IMG/VR virus record: IMGVR_UViG_3300028591_000136
Coordinates: 1-64,000 of that record
Length of the DNA stretch: 64,000 nt
Source of the DNA: a virus
Lineage: Duplodnaviria; Caudoviricetes
Strand: one strand, 5' to 3'
The notes under the pieces are model-generated. The model worked only from the letters and a program-made list of their open reading frames with translations, searched no databases and was not told the DNA's origin. This document shows positions 47,818-57,658 of this stretch, in pieces. Numbering within the stretch: the stretch's first letter is position 1; each line of letters begins with the position of its first letter. The translations under genes were made by a program, and so were the position numbers.

Positions 47818-48282
47818 ATGGCAAAAATAGACCCAAATGCTAATCTATATGATATTGATGGTAATTTAATATCTAAAGCACCTTTAAAGAATAAAACCAT
47901 CAGTGAAGTAGAGCAATTAGTTGATGATTTAACTAAAAAAGTTGAAGAAAATCCTGATAATGAAGTATACAAAGTATACTTAAATAACGCTCAGTCCTTC
48001 CTATTTGCTATGTATAATAACATGAGTAAGGAAGATTTAATCTCACGTATCTCAGCCCTACAAAGCAGTGTAGAAGCAGCTAAAACTGAGGTAAATGAAG
48101 CAGAACAAAAGCAGTTAGAAGAAACAAATAAGGCATTAGATGAACTTAAAAAGACGATTGAAAGCCAAAATGGAAGCTCAAAAGAGCCAGGAACAGAAGC
48201 AAGCTCAGAACCTGAACAAGGATCCAAAACAGTGACACCTGAGGAAATGGATCAGTATGTAGAGTATGAAGAAATACTATAA
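47818..48282 (+). CDS. Acidic coiled-coil hypothetical protein
   Basis: Intact 154-aa ORF. Confidence 0.65.
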   Translation: MAKIDPNANLYDIDGNLISKAPLKNKTISEVEQLVDDLTKKVEENPDNEVYKVYLNNAQSFLFAMYNNMSKEDLISRISALQSSVEAAKTEVNEAEQKQLEETNKALDELKKTIESQNGSSKEPGTEASSEPEQGSKTVTPEEMDQYVEYEEIL

Positions 48283-48402
48283 ATAGAAAATTAAACAGCT
48301 AGAATACGAAAGATATCTATTATATCAAGAATTATTTACAAGATAGATAGAATCATTATGTATTGAAAGTTATCTTAAATGTCGTTAAAAATAATAAAGA
48401 AT

Positions 48403-48437
48403 ATAGCCCTGGGAGAAATCCTGGGGCTAATTTTTTT
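48403..48437 (+). terminator. Intrinsic terminator ending the plus-strand late unit
   Basis: TAGCCCTGGGA-gaaa-TCCTGGGGCTA followed by ATTTTTTT. Confidence 0.7.
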
Positions 48438-48788
48438 GCAAAATTTTTTATTTTATGAATACGGAAAGGAGAAATTTTATAATTTTTTATTTTATTATAG
48501 GTGCAAAAACACGAAACAGTAATGAACTGACTCCCCATCATCGATTGAAATGGAAACCACCCCCCAGCACAATCTAAGTCTCTTCTAGTATTCAGGCAAG
48601 AACAGTACTTGCCTTAGGCCATCGCAGCGGTAGCTAACGGAAACGTTAGTCTTAGAAGAGTCCGTCTGACATCCGGGGAGAGAAACGCAACGTGTACCAT
48701 ACACTGACGCCTCTCTAGGATCGGCCATGTACATTGCGCTGAGCACAATCTAAGTCTCTCGTAGATAACAACCAAATACACATATATT

Positions 48789-48980
48789 ATGGCACAAACA
48801 TCTACAACCGCATTTTTCTGCACGTACTGCAATCGTGCAGACACTAAGGGAGAGTGGCGCAAATCCCGTGAATATCCTTCAGTTGAGGCACTTTTAAAGG
48901 CAATGACACCATACCTTGCCAAGTACCATAACACACAGGTAACGTATCAGACACGCACAGTGTATTCCCTTCAGCCGTAA
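48789..48980 (+). CDS. Small early hypothetical protein
   Basis: ATG after an AT-rich leader, TAA stop, and a hairpin at the end. Confidence 0.5.
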   Translation: MAQTSTTAFFCTYCNRADTKGEWRKSREYPSVEALLKAMTPYLAKYHNTQVTYQTRTVYSLQP

Positions 48981-49392
48981 GGCTGTTGGGTATACGCTTG
49001 GCTCAAACTAAATATCTCATAGATGACAGTAACAAATACAAGATATTATGGCAGCAAATAAGGCTTATTTAGAACAGCTACTTGAAACCAATAGGTTTTA
49101 TGGTGGCAACAATACTGTTGAACAGTGTATTAGGTTGAACGACTACGACACATCATACGATGAGTCAGGTGTCAGAGATGATGTGCTTGATGCGTTTGGC
49201 GTGTGAGTTAGGGTTTTATACAAAATCCGCTTACGCGCTACCGCACAAGCACAAACTAAATCTCTCCTAGTATTCAGCATACAAACAATAAGGGAATGCG
49301 AAACTGTACAGTGAGGTAGCGGGAAGACCATAATCCTCCGCCTGAGCAGATACGGATTCCCTTAATATATAGCGTAATCAATACAGAACAAT

Positions 49393-49770
49393 ATGAAGTA
49401 CAAATTAATTTCAGCAAAAGAGGTATACATTCCTCATTATGGTTTGAAAACAACAGCCATTTATAAAATGGTAACAGAAAATGCGCTAGTGTTCCCGCAG
49501 CACGTAACGTTTTGGCACAGACATGCTCCAGTAGAACTGGAAGCAGACTTAGTACAAGTCAAATTGGATGTGCCACACGTGTGGATTGGTAATGACGGCT
49601 GTATGATGCGGACAGCAACAGGTCATCTGATGTTGACCCAAAACGAAATACTGTTTTGCCCTAAAACAAAGGAAGGACTGTATTTTATGGGTTACTCTCC
49701 ACAAGAACAAAAAGCACGTCTAATGACACGCTTGTTGCCATGTAAATGGGCAAGACCAGAGGAGGCATAA
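49393..49770 (+). CDS. Early hypothetical protein
   Basis: Intact ORF followed by the terminator GGAGGC-ataaca-GCCTCC-TTTCTTTT. Confidence 0.6.
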   Translation: MKYKLISAKEVYIPHYGLKTTAIYKMVTENALVFPQHVTFWHRHAPVELEADLVQVKLDVPHVWIGNDGCMMRTATGHLMLTQNEILFCPKTKEGLYFMGYSPQEQKARLMTRLLPCKWARPEEA

Positions 49771-49825
49771 CAGCCTCCTTTCTTTTGACAATTCATTTAA
49801 GTTCCACAAATAAAATCGTATTATT

Positions 49826-50362
49826 ATGTTGTACAATGTAGTTTCATTCGTAAAACAAATCGTGCCACAGGGTAAGCAAAACGCAGGCACACAGTATGCA
49901 GTTGTAACCATCGAAGACCCTGAAGATGGTGAACGTCGCGAAGTACCAGTATTTGATGCTGAAGCAAAGCGTTATTTAGACCTTGTACCAAATGCAACTG
50001 TCGGACAAGTAAATCCACTTCCCGATACTGCACCAGACAATCTCAAAGTATGGAAGAATTGTTTCGACAAAGAATTCACATTCCCCGAGACAATGGTACG
50101 AGTTAACGCACAAGGTCAGCCTGAACTGAATAAGTTCAATCAAATGCGTGTACGAAATTCAGTCCTCGTCATGACACGATACAAGCGTGATAACGAGACT
50201 GGAGAACTCGCAATCCGAAGAGGTTGGGACTTGACCACTCGTGGCACAAGTATCATGAACGCATTCTACATGCCTCTTCGTGTATTCAACAACACAGCGG
50301 GTGGTGGTGAAGCACTATCCCTTGAAGAGCAGGCGAAGAAAAACGCAGATTTGCCTGTTTAA
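49826..50362 (+). CDS. Early protein, possibly OB-fold/SSB-like
   Basis: Beta-rich N-terminus and a flexible tail ending ADLPV; the similarity is weak. Confidence 0.45.
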   Translation: MLYNVVSFVKQIVPQGKQNAGTQYAVVTIEDPEDGERREVPVFDAEAKRYLDLVPNATVGQVNPLPDTAPDNLKVWKNCFDKEFTFPETMVRVNAQGQPELNKFNQMRVRNSVLVMTRYKRDNETGELAIRRGWDLTTRGTSIMNAFYMPLRVFNNTAGGGEALSLEEQAKKNADLPV

Positions 50363-50537
50363 TTATCTACGTAGCGTACGTGCGGGGTGTAGTTAAGTCT
50401 ACACTCTGCACACACGTGTAATTTATTATAGGCTTTATCCAGCGCTCTCCGTATACAACCTGCATATTGCTATGTTATACACAACCTCAATGACTTTGTT
50501 ATGACGATTCTAATAATATAATTAAAAAGAAAGAATT

Positions 50538-50753
50538 ATGTGGAAACCAGGTCAAATAAAATGGCTCAGTAGTAGAAGATACAGAATAAAAAAGGCTAAC
50601 GAATATGTAAGCACAAGAAAAAATATATGTAGCTTATGTAAATTGTCTTGCAATTTGAATACACCGTGTGAATTAAAATTTCACCCAGATTGTGTAAGAC
50701 AATTGCCAGTTGACTGTTACTTCAAACTCGATCCTAGAAAACCAAAATTGTAG
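50538..50753 (+). CDS. Cys-rich KPG-family small protein (paralog 1)
   Basis: MWKPG...CSLC...C...C..QLP.DC. TAG stop followed directly by TGA. Confidence 0.6.
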   Translation: MWKPGQIKWLSSRRYRIKKANEYVSTRKNICSLCKLSCNLNTPCELKFHPDCVRQLPVDCYFKLDPRKPKL

Positions 50754-50757
50754 TGAT

Positions 50758-51072
50758 ATGAAAAAATCAACACGAATCCTTGCAATTATTGTGCTTTTGC
50801 TTGGGTTCTTTGTGCTATCACAGCATTTACAAGCACAAAATGTGGTACGTAATGGGAAGGTATTTGTACAATCACAAACATCAGGTGATTCAACAAAGAC
50901 TGACTATGAGTATCAGGATAAAGATGGCAATAAATATGTCATCTATCTCTCATCAAAAGGCAAGGCATATTGCTGGATGAAGTCTAAAAAGACTGGCAAA
51001 TTATACAAGCGATATTTGCCGAAAATAACTGCAATGCTTAACGACATTGATAATGGAAAATATTCTCGTTGA
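50758..51072 (+). CDS. Exported/membrane-anchored small protein
   Basis: Signal peptide MKKSTRILAIIVLLLGFFVLSQHLQA. Confidence 0.6.
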   Translation: MKKSTRILAIIVLLLGFFVLSQHLQAQNVVRNGKVFVQSQTSGDSTKTDYEYQDKDGNKYVIYLSSKGKAYCWMKSKKTGKLYKRYLPKITAMLNDIDNGKYSR

Positions 51073-52202
51073 GTACGCAGGGTTTGATTGTTTAAACATT
51101 ATAACAAATGAAACAGTTAAAACCAAGAGTAGTTCGAGACTTCAGAGGTCAAGACTACGTTCAAACAAGTAATGTATGTGGTAATACCACGTATGTTCGT
51201 AATTATCAGGTTGAATATTAGGTATGTGTGCAAATATATCAATTGACGAAACACTTGGTTTAGAACTCTTAAAACAAATGGCATTTGATTTAGGAATAGT
51301 TTTACCAGAATATGAACAAGAACAAAAAACCAATGATATTTGGTACACATAAACTCTCTCGCACCTGAGCATGTGAATAAACTGCTCACATCTCTATCAG
51401 AGAATGGTAAGACTAATCGATATAGTCATAGAGAACAAAAACATCACATCTACATGTGCTTACAGTACTATCTGGTACGATATCTATAGTCCAACGACTT
51501 GAGTGTCACATTCAAGGATAGATATGAGTCAGATGTGTGATGATACTCCTGCAGTCCTAAAAACCTTAAGGGGACAGAGGTGCAACATGTGCGTAGTATA
51601 CTATGCAGTCAGGTCATGTGAAGAATATATGATACAAAATCCTGGTTTGAGCAATCACCTTGAGCTCATATATTATCTATGTATCAGTCGACAGTTCATG
51701 GATATAACAGGCGTTTAATCGTTGAATTAATGTAGTACGTAAAGCTACAAAGCTCCTTAGGAAAGAGCGAACCTTACATTGTACTGTGTAAGGTAATGTA
51801 AACGTGCGGGGATTTGTGAGGCTTATAGTGCAATCACTGGCTATCGGCTAACCACATTCCCCGCTTTTTAGTCGAATAACCACATCTCCTACATATAAAT
51901 CAGCTCTTTTCACTCGCGAGCTGTAAGGGTCAGCGGATTGTGATCAGGATAACATTCGCGTATTGAACAATTTTCGTTTAGTCTCATCTAGCTGGCCCTT
52001 TTTAATTGATTATGTTAAATATATATATACCAATAGTCATTACGTACGGCGGGCTTAAAGCATGTAAAACAGATATCTACGGAGTATTCAAATTATTTGA
52101 CTGTTCGTCAATATGGATATGGGATGTAGATATTATTTCGCCTTTTAATACCTAGGCAAGGGGGTTGACCTACCAAGTAACTAATTTTAAATCATTATCA
52201 AA

Positions 52203-52304
52203 ATGAAAAAGAGACTTGACAAAAGAGTGAAAGACTTACTATTAGCTGTAAGTATATTCACATTCTTATTTCTCATTTACACAATTATTCTAATATTCCA
52301 TTAA
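52203..52304 (+). CDS. Small membrane peptide, 33 aa
   Basis: Preceded by the ATTATCAAAATG leader; one hydrophobic helix. Confidence 0.45.
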   Translation: MKKRLDKRVKDLLLAVSIFTFLFLIYTIILIFH

Positions 52305-52305
52305 T

Positions 52306-52524
52306 ATGAGTAAGATGAGAGTTGGCCAAAACCTCGAGATTGGCACAAAGAAGTATCGGATAACTCGAGCTAAGAATAAAAACATCCGATGTCGTGTATG
52401 CCAGGAACATAACAAATGTGTTCCTTGCGTGAATCCTGATCCAACAGTAGACAATCCTATTGTATGGACTACTAAAGATTGTCATGAGAAATTACCTGAT
52501 AACGCTTATCCTTATCCTTTATGA
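52306..52524 (+). CDS. Cys-rich KPG-family small protein (paralog 2)
   Basis: MRVGQ.L.I...YRI...CRVC...C...DCHEKLP. Confidence 0.55.
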   Translation: MSKMRVGQNLEIGTKKYRITRAKNKNIRCRVCQEHNKCVPCVNPDPTVDNPIVWTTKDCHEKLPDNAYPYPL

Positions 52525-52703
52525 AGAGTATCAAAGGAATATTCATTGGAACTGTCAAAGCGTGCCTCTATATAGGAACATTAATTGGATTGTATTGGGC
52601 TTTAAATGGTTTTAAAACACTTGCACAAATTGACATTATAGGCATTTTAGCAGTCGGTGCTATAATCAGACATTTTGTAGATAAAGAACAACATTATGAG
52701 TAA
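52521..52703 (+). CDS. Small two-TM protein
   Basis: Two hydrophobic segments; overlaps its neighbours. Confidence 0.55.
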   Translation: MKSIKGIFIGTVKACLYIGTLIGLYWALNGFKTLAQIDIIGILAVGAIIRHFVDKEQHYE

Positions 52704-52860
52704 AATTTGGACTTGGATTAGTGGTTTTGCTGTACTGTTAAGCGCTTTTTGTACGTTAGAACGTGCATTAGATGGTGACATATCAGCTTCATTAGCTTGG
52801 GGAGCATTGACATTATATAACGTAGGTTTTATAATGTCAAGAATTAAAGACAAAGCATAA
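52696..52860 (+). CDS. Small two-TM protein, 54 aa
   Basis: MSKIWTWISGFAVLLSAFCTLERALDGDISASLAWGALTLYNVGFIMSRIKDKA; fills the gap between neighbours. Confidence 0.5.
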   Translation: MSKIWTWISGFAVLLSAFCTLERALDGDISASLAWGALTLYNVGFIMSRIKDKA

Positions 52861-52861
52861 T

Positions 52862-53095
52862 ATGTGGAAACCAGGAAATTTAGTAACGATTCAAGAACGC
52901 ATCCCTATGGATGGTTCATTCTTAATTGTGTCGACAAAGTGCAGAGTCGTACACAACAGTGGACATCACAGATGTTTAAATTGTCCAATGCAACAAAAGT
53001 ATTGCAATATAGACAAATGTGAACAAATGCTCCCACAAAATTGCACACTCAAAAAAGCTCAAATAGATCCTGAGCAAGTAGTGGATCTAAATTAA
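52862..53095 (+). CDS. Cys-rich KPG-family small protein (paralog 3)
   Basis: MWKPGNLVTI...CLNC...C...CEQMLPQNC. Confidence 0.6.
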   Translation: MWKPGNLVTIQERIPMDGSFLIVSTKCRVVHNSGHHRCLNCPMQQKYCNIDKCEQMLPQNCTLKKAQIDPEQVVDLN

Positions 53096-53109
53096 AACAT
53101 TTATCAAAA

Positions 53110-53613
53110 ATGAAAAAGAACGAAATCAGATTTATCTCAACTGAGAATGGTATCAACTGTGAAGGTAACGTCACATTATCACAAGCAGACAGAAAAAAAG
53201 CAGAAGAAATGTTCGATAAAGTACAGGATGCTGCAAAAAACTGTGGTACAACACTCTCGCTGTCACCAGTAGGTATTCAGCTTGGATTTAATGTAGCGTT
53301 ATCTTGTGATACTAAATGTATCAACGAAGCTGATGCACGTATGAAATGCATTATTGAAGAGATGCGTGAATTCATCGGTAAGCTGGAGCCAGAGAAGGAC
53401 GAAAAAACTTCTGAAGACGAGCTTATTGCCAAACAACAGCATGAAGCAATAGACAAGTTCTTCGACGAGATGCATGAAAAATATCCAAACGCCAAACTCA
53501 CAATTGTATGTGACGATAATGATTGGACTGCTGTCGCTAGCAATATGCATCCTATGCATGTGTTACATTGTATGGTTGGAGCAATAGCCAATGAACATGG
53601 AGAAAATCAATAA
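53110..53613 (+). CDS. Early hypothetical protein, 167 aa
   Basis: Intact ORF with the AAACATTTATCAAAAATG leader. Confidence 0.65.
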   Translation: MKKNEIRFISTENGINCEGNVTLSQADRKKAEEMFDKVQDAAKNCGTTLSLSPVGIQLGFNVALSCDTKCINEADARMKCIIEEMREFIGKLEPEKDEKTSEDELIAKQQHEAIDKFFDEMHEKYPNAKLTIVCDDNDWTAVASNMHPMHVLHCMVGAIANEHGENQ

Positions 53614-53824
53614 AACATCACCTCCTCGCCCTAAAAATGGGCGGGAGGTTGTACTCAACAAACCGTGTACTATTTTAAAGAAAGATGGTACAACTACATC
53701 TGTTGCAGGATATGGGCCACAAAAGGCCTGTGAAGCGTTTGTGTTCTCTATGAAGAATAATGCAAAGAATCTTAATATCAAACTTGTTGGTAATTATATT
53801 GTTAAAAAGACAATCATAAAATGA
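53591..53824 (+). CDS. Basic hypothetical protein
   Basis: Overlaps both neighbours. Confidence 0.5.
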   Translation: MNMEKINKTSPPRPKNGREVVLNKPCTILKKDGTTTSVAGYGPQKACEAFVFSMKNNAKNLNIKLVGNYIVKKTIIK

Positions 53825-54222
53825 GGTATCGAAAGGTGGTAAATCCACATTTTGTATCAAATGAAACATCTAAGATATTAAGAACTCTTGATATCGATGA
53901 TGATGAAATTGATGCAGTAATTGACCATATACGCATAAAGTACAATGTACATGTGTATAATTATGCAGCCCCATTTGTGTCAAAAGAAACAGAAACCAAA
54001 AACGTAGTATTATACGGCTTTGGTGTAAAATTCTGCAATCTTAAACATGGATGGAATCATCGTGTATATATTGGTAAAACACCGTGGATTAAAAATATTT
54101 ATGATGCTAAAAGAAAAGCAATAAATATCGCGATTAAGTGGATCTTGAGCCACAAGTCTCAGGAAAAGTGTAAATTTATACGCATAAAGAAAAATGGTAC
54201 CAGCAAAACAAAATCGAATTGA
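53821..54222 (+). CDS. Hypothetical protein
   Basis: Intact ORF in operon. Confidence 0.6.
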   Translation: MRYRKVVNPHFVSNETSKILRTLDIDDDEIDAVIDHIRIKYNVHVYNYAAPFVSKETETKNVVLYGFGVKFCNLKHGWNHRVYIGKTPWIKNIYDAKRKAINIAIKWILSHKSQEKCKFIRIKKNGTSKTKSN

Positions 54223-54285
54223 TCCAGGTTTCTGGATAGGTCTTTTACTGATTGCAATTTTACTTTACTGCACAATTAAATGTAA

Positions 54286-54699
54286 ATGATTATGCAAAAA
54301 GGTCAAATTGTAAGAAAATGTCTCTCAAATGGCACAATAGTCGGTGCTTATTGGATGGTTATAGGAGTTAAACGTCCAAATTTAGTTAATGTACAATCTC
54401 TCGCAAGCGAAAAAATAAGAGAATTTGTACGAAAAGACAGACTACATGTGTGTAAAACAGTAAAATTGATTATCTCACATCGTGTATACGATCGTGTAGA
54501 AAAAGAAGTACAAAACGCCATTATTCATGATTCAACTAAAAAATGGTTGGATTTGTTTGAAAAACAACCTGACATTGTTCAATTACGCTCAGAACTATAT
54601 GAAGAGCGTACCATGTTATTCTGTGTAGATCAAACTATAAAGATCCAAACAGAAAATGGTATTCGAATACGACTAGACTTGGGCGAAAAGATATTATGA
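54286..54699 (+). CDS. Hypothetical protein
   Basis: Intact ORF in operon. Confidence 0.6.
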   Translation: MIMQKGQIVRKCLSNGTIVGAYWMVIGVKRPNLVNVQSLASEKIREFVRKDRLHVCKTVKLIISHRVYDRVEKEVQNAIIHDSTKKWLDLFEKQPDIVQLRSELYEERTMLFCVDQTIKIQTENGIRIRLDLGEKIL

Positions 54700-54893
54700 C
54701 TACAATATTAAAACCAGGACGACTAATTACTCTTAATAATACTGTATATCAGGCTAAATTAGGAGAAAATGGTTGTGAAGGGTGTGATAGAAATAGTATA
54801 AATCTATGTCCAATGATAGTCGATAGAAGATTTGAAGAACCAAGGTATGATTGTAAAACATATGGCGTTATATTGAAACGAATTAAACAATGA
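54696..54893 (+). CDS. Cys-rich KPG-family small protein (paralog 4)
   Basis: LKPGRLITL...YQA...GCEGC...C...DC. Confidence 0.55.
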   Translation: MTTILKPGRLITLNNTVYQAKLGENGCEGCDRNSINLCPMIVDRRFEEPRYDCKTYGVILKRIKQ

Positions 54894-55029
54894 TAGTTTC
54901 ATAAAATTCTGATTTTCTAGAATCAACGGTTCGTGAGAATAGTTGATTCAAATTATTTAGCGCATAGAACTCACCAGATAGCAGGAAACCTCAAGGCCTG
55001 CCAGGTTACGCTCCACCAAAAATGACAGT

Positions 55030-55530
55030 TTAAGTCTGAAGAGAGAAGGATGGTCGCGAACAGGTGTAACCCAATGAGGAGAGGGTGCGCGCACGGCATG
55101 TATACAGGAATGGCAGAGTGTCCGAACTGCCTATACATGCCTTATTGGCCAAAAGGCCCCTAATTGATGGGTAAAATCTTTCAAGTGACGGCTCACAAGG
55201 CGCGAATAGTCACAAGTCAGACGCAGGGCTGACACAGTTGTGAAGAATTATACAAGTGAATCAGACTCCATGGAAATTCCTAGGGATCTAGTATGATTTT
55301 AGCAACCCCACAGTCGTGTCATGACCACTCATTTGAGAAGCGCCTATTGATAACGTACGCCGTGAGTGCAACTGTGGGAACAATATACGTCCGAGGTGGT
55401 TTGGAGGATCCCGAAATCAAGCTTGCAGAGAATAGGGAGTGTAGGACGTTATTTTATGAGGTTTAGTGCTGTACCGTATGACGATTCGGGAAACGTCCCA
55501 AAGGTTATAATGGTTGCCTTTTATGCTTGC
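55030..55530 (+). ncRNA. Large, highly structured non-coding RNA candidate next to tRNAs
   Basis: GC-richer than its flanks. Many helices: 55095-55104/55132-55141, 55307-55314/55371-55378, 55326-55331/55363-55368, and crossing pairs TCCCGAA/TTCGGGA with GGACGTT/AACGTCC. Strand inferred from context. Confidence 0.55.
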
Positions 55531-55546
55531 GTCAAACAGCACACAC

Positions 55547-55618
55547 GGCCGCATCGTCTATCGGCTAGGACGAGAGATTTTCATTCTCTAAAGAGGAGTT
55601 CGACTCTCCTTGTGGCTA
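55547..55618 (+). tRNA. tRNA-Glu(TTC)
   Basis: Cloverleaf with anticodon arm AGAGA-TT[TTC]AT-TCTCT and T-loop TTCGACT. Confidence 0.85.
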
Positions 55619-55752
55619 CAAATTATTAAAACGGATGCTGTGGTATGGATGTTACGAAACCGGGGTCGCGCAAGAAGCAGCTTATAAATCATGACCCGCT
55701 GCTAGGAGATACAGAAGTATCCACAGTTGTCGCCAGACGTCTATAGGCGACA

Positions 55753-55825
55753 GCGTTGTTAGCTCAGTTGATAGAGCACCGGCTCAATAAGCCGGAGGTC
55801 GTTGGTTTGAGTCCAACACGACGCA
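55753..55825 (+). tRNA. Aberrant tRNA (loop TCAATAA: AAT in the canonical register, CAA in a shifted register)
   Basis: All stems intact, but C at position 33, D-loop GA instead of GG, and T-loop TTTGAGT. Confidence 0.6.
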
Positions 55826-55864
55826 CAATGCAATATTGCAGAAAATGATCAAAACATTATCAAA

Positions 55865-56224
55865 ATGGCAAAGAAACTTGTTTTTGCAAGCAACGACGAG
55901 TGCAAAAAAGCATCTTCAATTCTAAAACAAAACAACATTGAACATGTTCTCGTCACCTACAAACACGAAAAGAACGAAAAAGTTTTTATCGTTGTACGAA
56001 ATGTGATTCTGAAAGATGTAAATCAGATAAATCTTCGGATTTCACGAGTAAAATCTATGCGACACTTTGAGAACACGGCTAATAAGCATAATTACTTTGA
56101 GCCACAGTTTGTATGCAAATGTAGAAACTGTGGCAAAGAGTTTAAACATCGCATAAAAGAGGCTGTGTGGTGCTCAAAAGAATGTCATAAAGCGTTTAGA
56201 AACGCAAAACGACAAGTTAAATAA
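55865..56224 (+). CDS. Protein with a C-terminal zinc-finger-like motif
   Basis: Motif CRNCGKEF...WCSKEC. Confidence 0.65.
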   Translation: MAKKLVFASNDECKKASSILKQNNIEHVLVTYKHEKNEKVFIVVRNVILKDVNQINLRISRVKSMRHFENTANKHNYFEPQFVCKCRNCGKEFKHRIKEAVWCSKECHKAFRNAKRQVK

Positions 56225-56293
56225 GGTCTATTCCAAGTCTTCCTCAAAGACTGGATGTTAACTAAAGTTTAATCTCAAAAATTATCAAAGTTT

Positions 56294-56836
56294 ATGAGAA
56301 AATTATTAAGCTTAATGCTTGTAGCAGCAATGGGAATTATACTTCTCGGAAGCTGTGAACGTTTGGGTATCAAAAGTCCAGGAGACAACTATGATACCTC
56401 TGATTCTGCACAAGTAGCAGAGTATGTAAATCATGCAGTAAATCCATCTATTATGGATATTGCAGAAGCGCTCTCTCTGAAGCAACAAATGCTTGAAAAA
56501 CAGTCTATCGACTCTGCGTTTGTATCTCTTTCTGATGCTACAATAAGAAATGTTGCATCTGTGTTACTGAAAAAGAACAGTTTTATACACAAGAAAGATA
56601 TTATAGACGAGTATCGACGATGTCAAAACGTATACGACAATCTTCCGACTGACATAAAAGCAACTGCCGTTGATAAAACTGCTACTGATTTAGGCACTAG
56701 GCAGTCTGGAGGAAATGATTCAACTGATCCTGCTAGTTCCAGCAATGTTATTAGCAATAACCTTAGCTTTAGGACTGACACTATCGCTGGCAAGCCGACT
56801 AGAGTCAAAATTCAAACGATAGAAAGTTATGAATAA
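56294..56836 (+). CDS. Lipoprotein
   Basis: Signal peptide ending in the lipobox LLGS-C. Confidence 0.7.
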   Translation: MRKLLSLMLVAAMGIILLGSCERLGIKSPGDNYDTSDSAQVAEYVNHAVNPSIMDIAEALSLKQQMLEKQSIDSAFVSLSDATIRNVASVLLKKNSFIHKKDIIDEYRRCQNVYDNLPTDIKATAVDKTATDLGTRQSGGNDSTDPASSSNVISNNLSFRTDTIAGKPTRVKIQTIESYE

Positions 56837-57488
56837 GCACGCTATAGTAATATTATATTCAGGCGCAGATCGTGATCCTGGGTATGATGTGATTGAGAGT
56901 ATTGCTAGTGTTATAACACAAGCAGGATTAGCTGTACCTGAACTGATAGAAATTAAACATTTCAACTCAGATTCTATTGGTAAAGCATTGCTTACGAAGA
57001 GCGCTGAAGATTCGAAGATCTCTTTTACAAAAAATCTTGATGCAAAGAAAGTATGCATTACACTTGATACACAAGATTGCGAAAACAAACTCCAAGTTGT
57101 AAAATGTATTAAGGAATTCCTTGATTGTGGTCTTAAAGAGGCAAAGGATATGTTCGATTGTGGCAAGGTTTATATTCCTAAATCCTGGACCGATAACAGA
57201 ATCTATGCCTTTATAGAAGACCTTCACATCCACAAAGCCGCTGTAACAAGCGGCATAGAAGACATTGCTATGATACAGGCAGCTATCTTCTTGAACGGTA
57301 CTTATCGTACAAAAGACAGTATCATTTTCGTGAGAGATTTTGCTGCAGCAACGTATCACTTTCATACCAATGGTGCTAATGAAGAAGAACGAGCGTTGTT
57401 GACAGCTGTTGAATTGGTTAAAAACAATCCAAAAAGCGCCGTTAGGTGGGTATCATCAGAGTTAGTAAACGTAATCAACTCGTTGTAG
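56829..57488 (+). CDS. Protein containing a ribosomal bL12 (L7/L12) C-terminal-like domain
   Basis: NKLQVVKCIKEFLDCGLKEAKDMFD matches the bL12 CTD signature K..VIK.VRE.TGLGLKEAKDLV. Confidence 0.7.
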   Translation: MNKHAIVILYSGADRDPGYDVIESIASVITQAGLAVPELIEIKHFNSDSIGKALLTKSAEDSKISFTKNLDAKKVCITLDTQDCENKLQVVKCIKEFLDCGLKEAKDMFDCGKVYIPKSWTDNRIYAFIEDLHIHKAAVTSGIEDIAMIQAAIFLNGTYRTKDSIIFVRDFAAATYHFHTNGANEEERALLTAVELVKNNPKSAVRWVSSELVNVINSL

Positions 57489-57658
57489 TATGTGTTGGCA
57501 TCAAGATTATCGTACGGGTAAAACAGTTCGTTATAAGGCGTCTGACAAGTCAAAACACGCTAATGCTGTTCCCTACAAACGTGCTGAAAAGCATAAAATG
57601 TCCACTAAGGACTATGTTCAATAAACTTTAAGTTAAACAATTAAAACATTTATCAAAA

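Noticed and set aside
55366-55629. 87-aa ORF
   Set aside because: It overlaps tRNA-Glu and the structured RNA, has a GTG start and lacks a plausible protein signature.
55030-55735. RNase P RNA or group I intron
   Set aside because: I could not find the conserved GAGGAAAGUCC/ACAGAA.CCGGC or P7 core motifs, so it is kept as an unassigned structured RNA.
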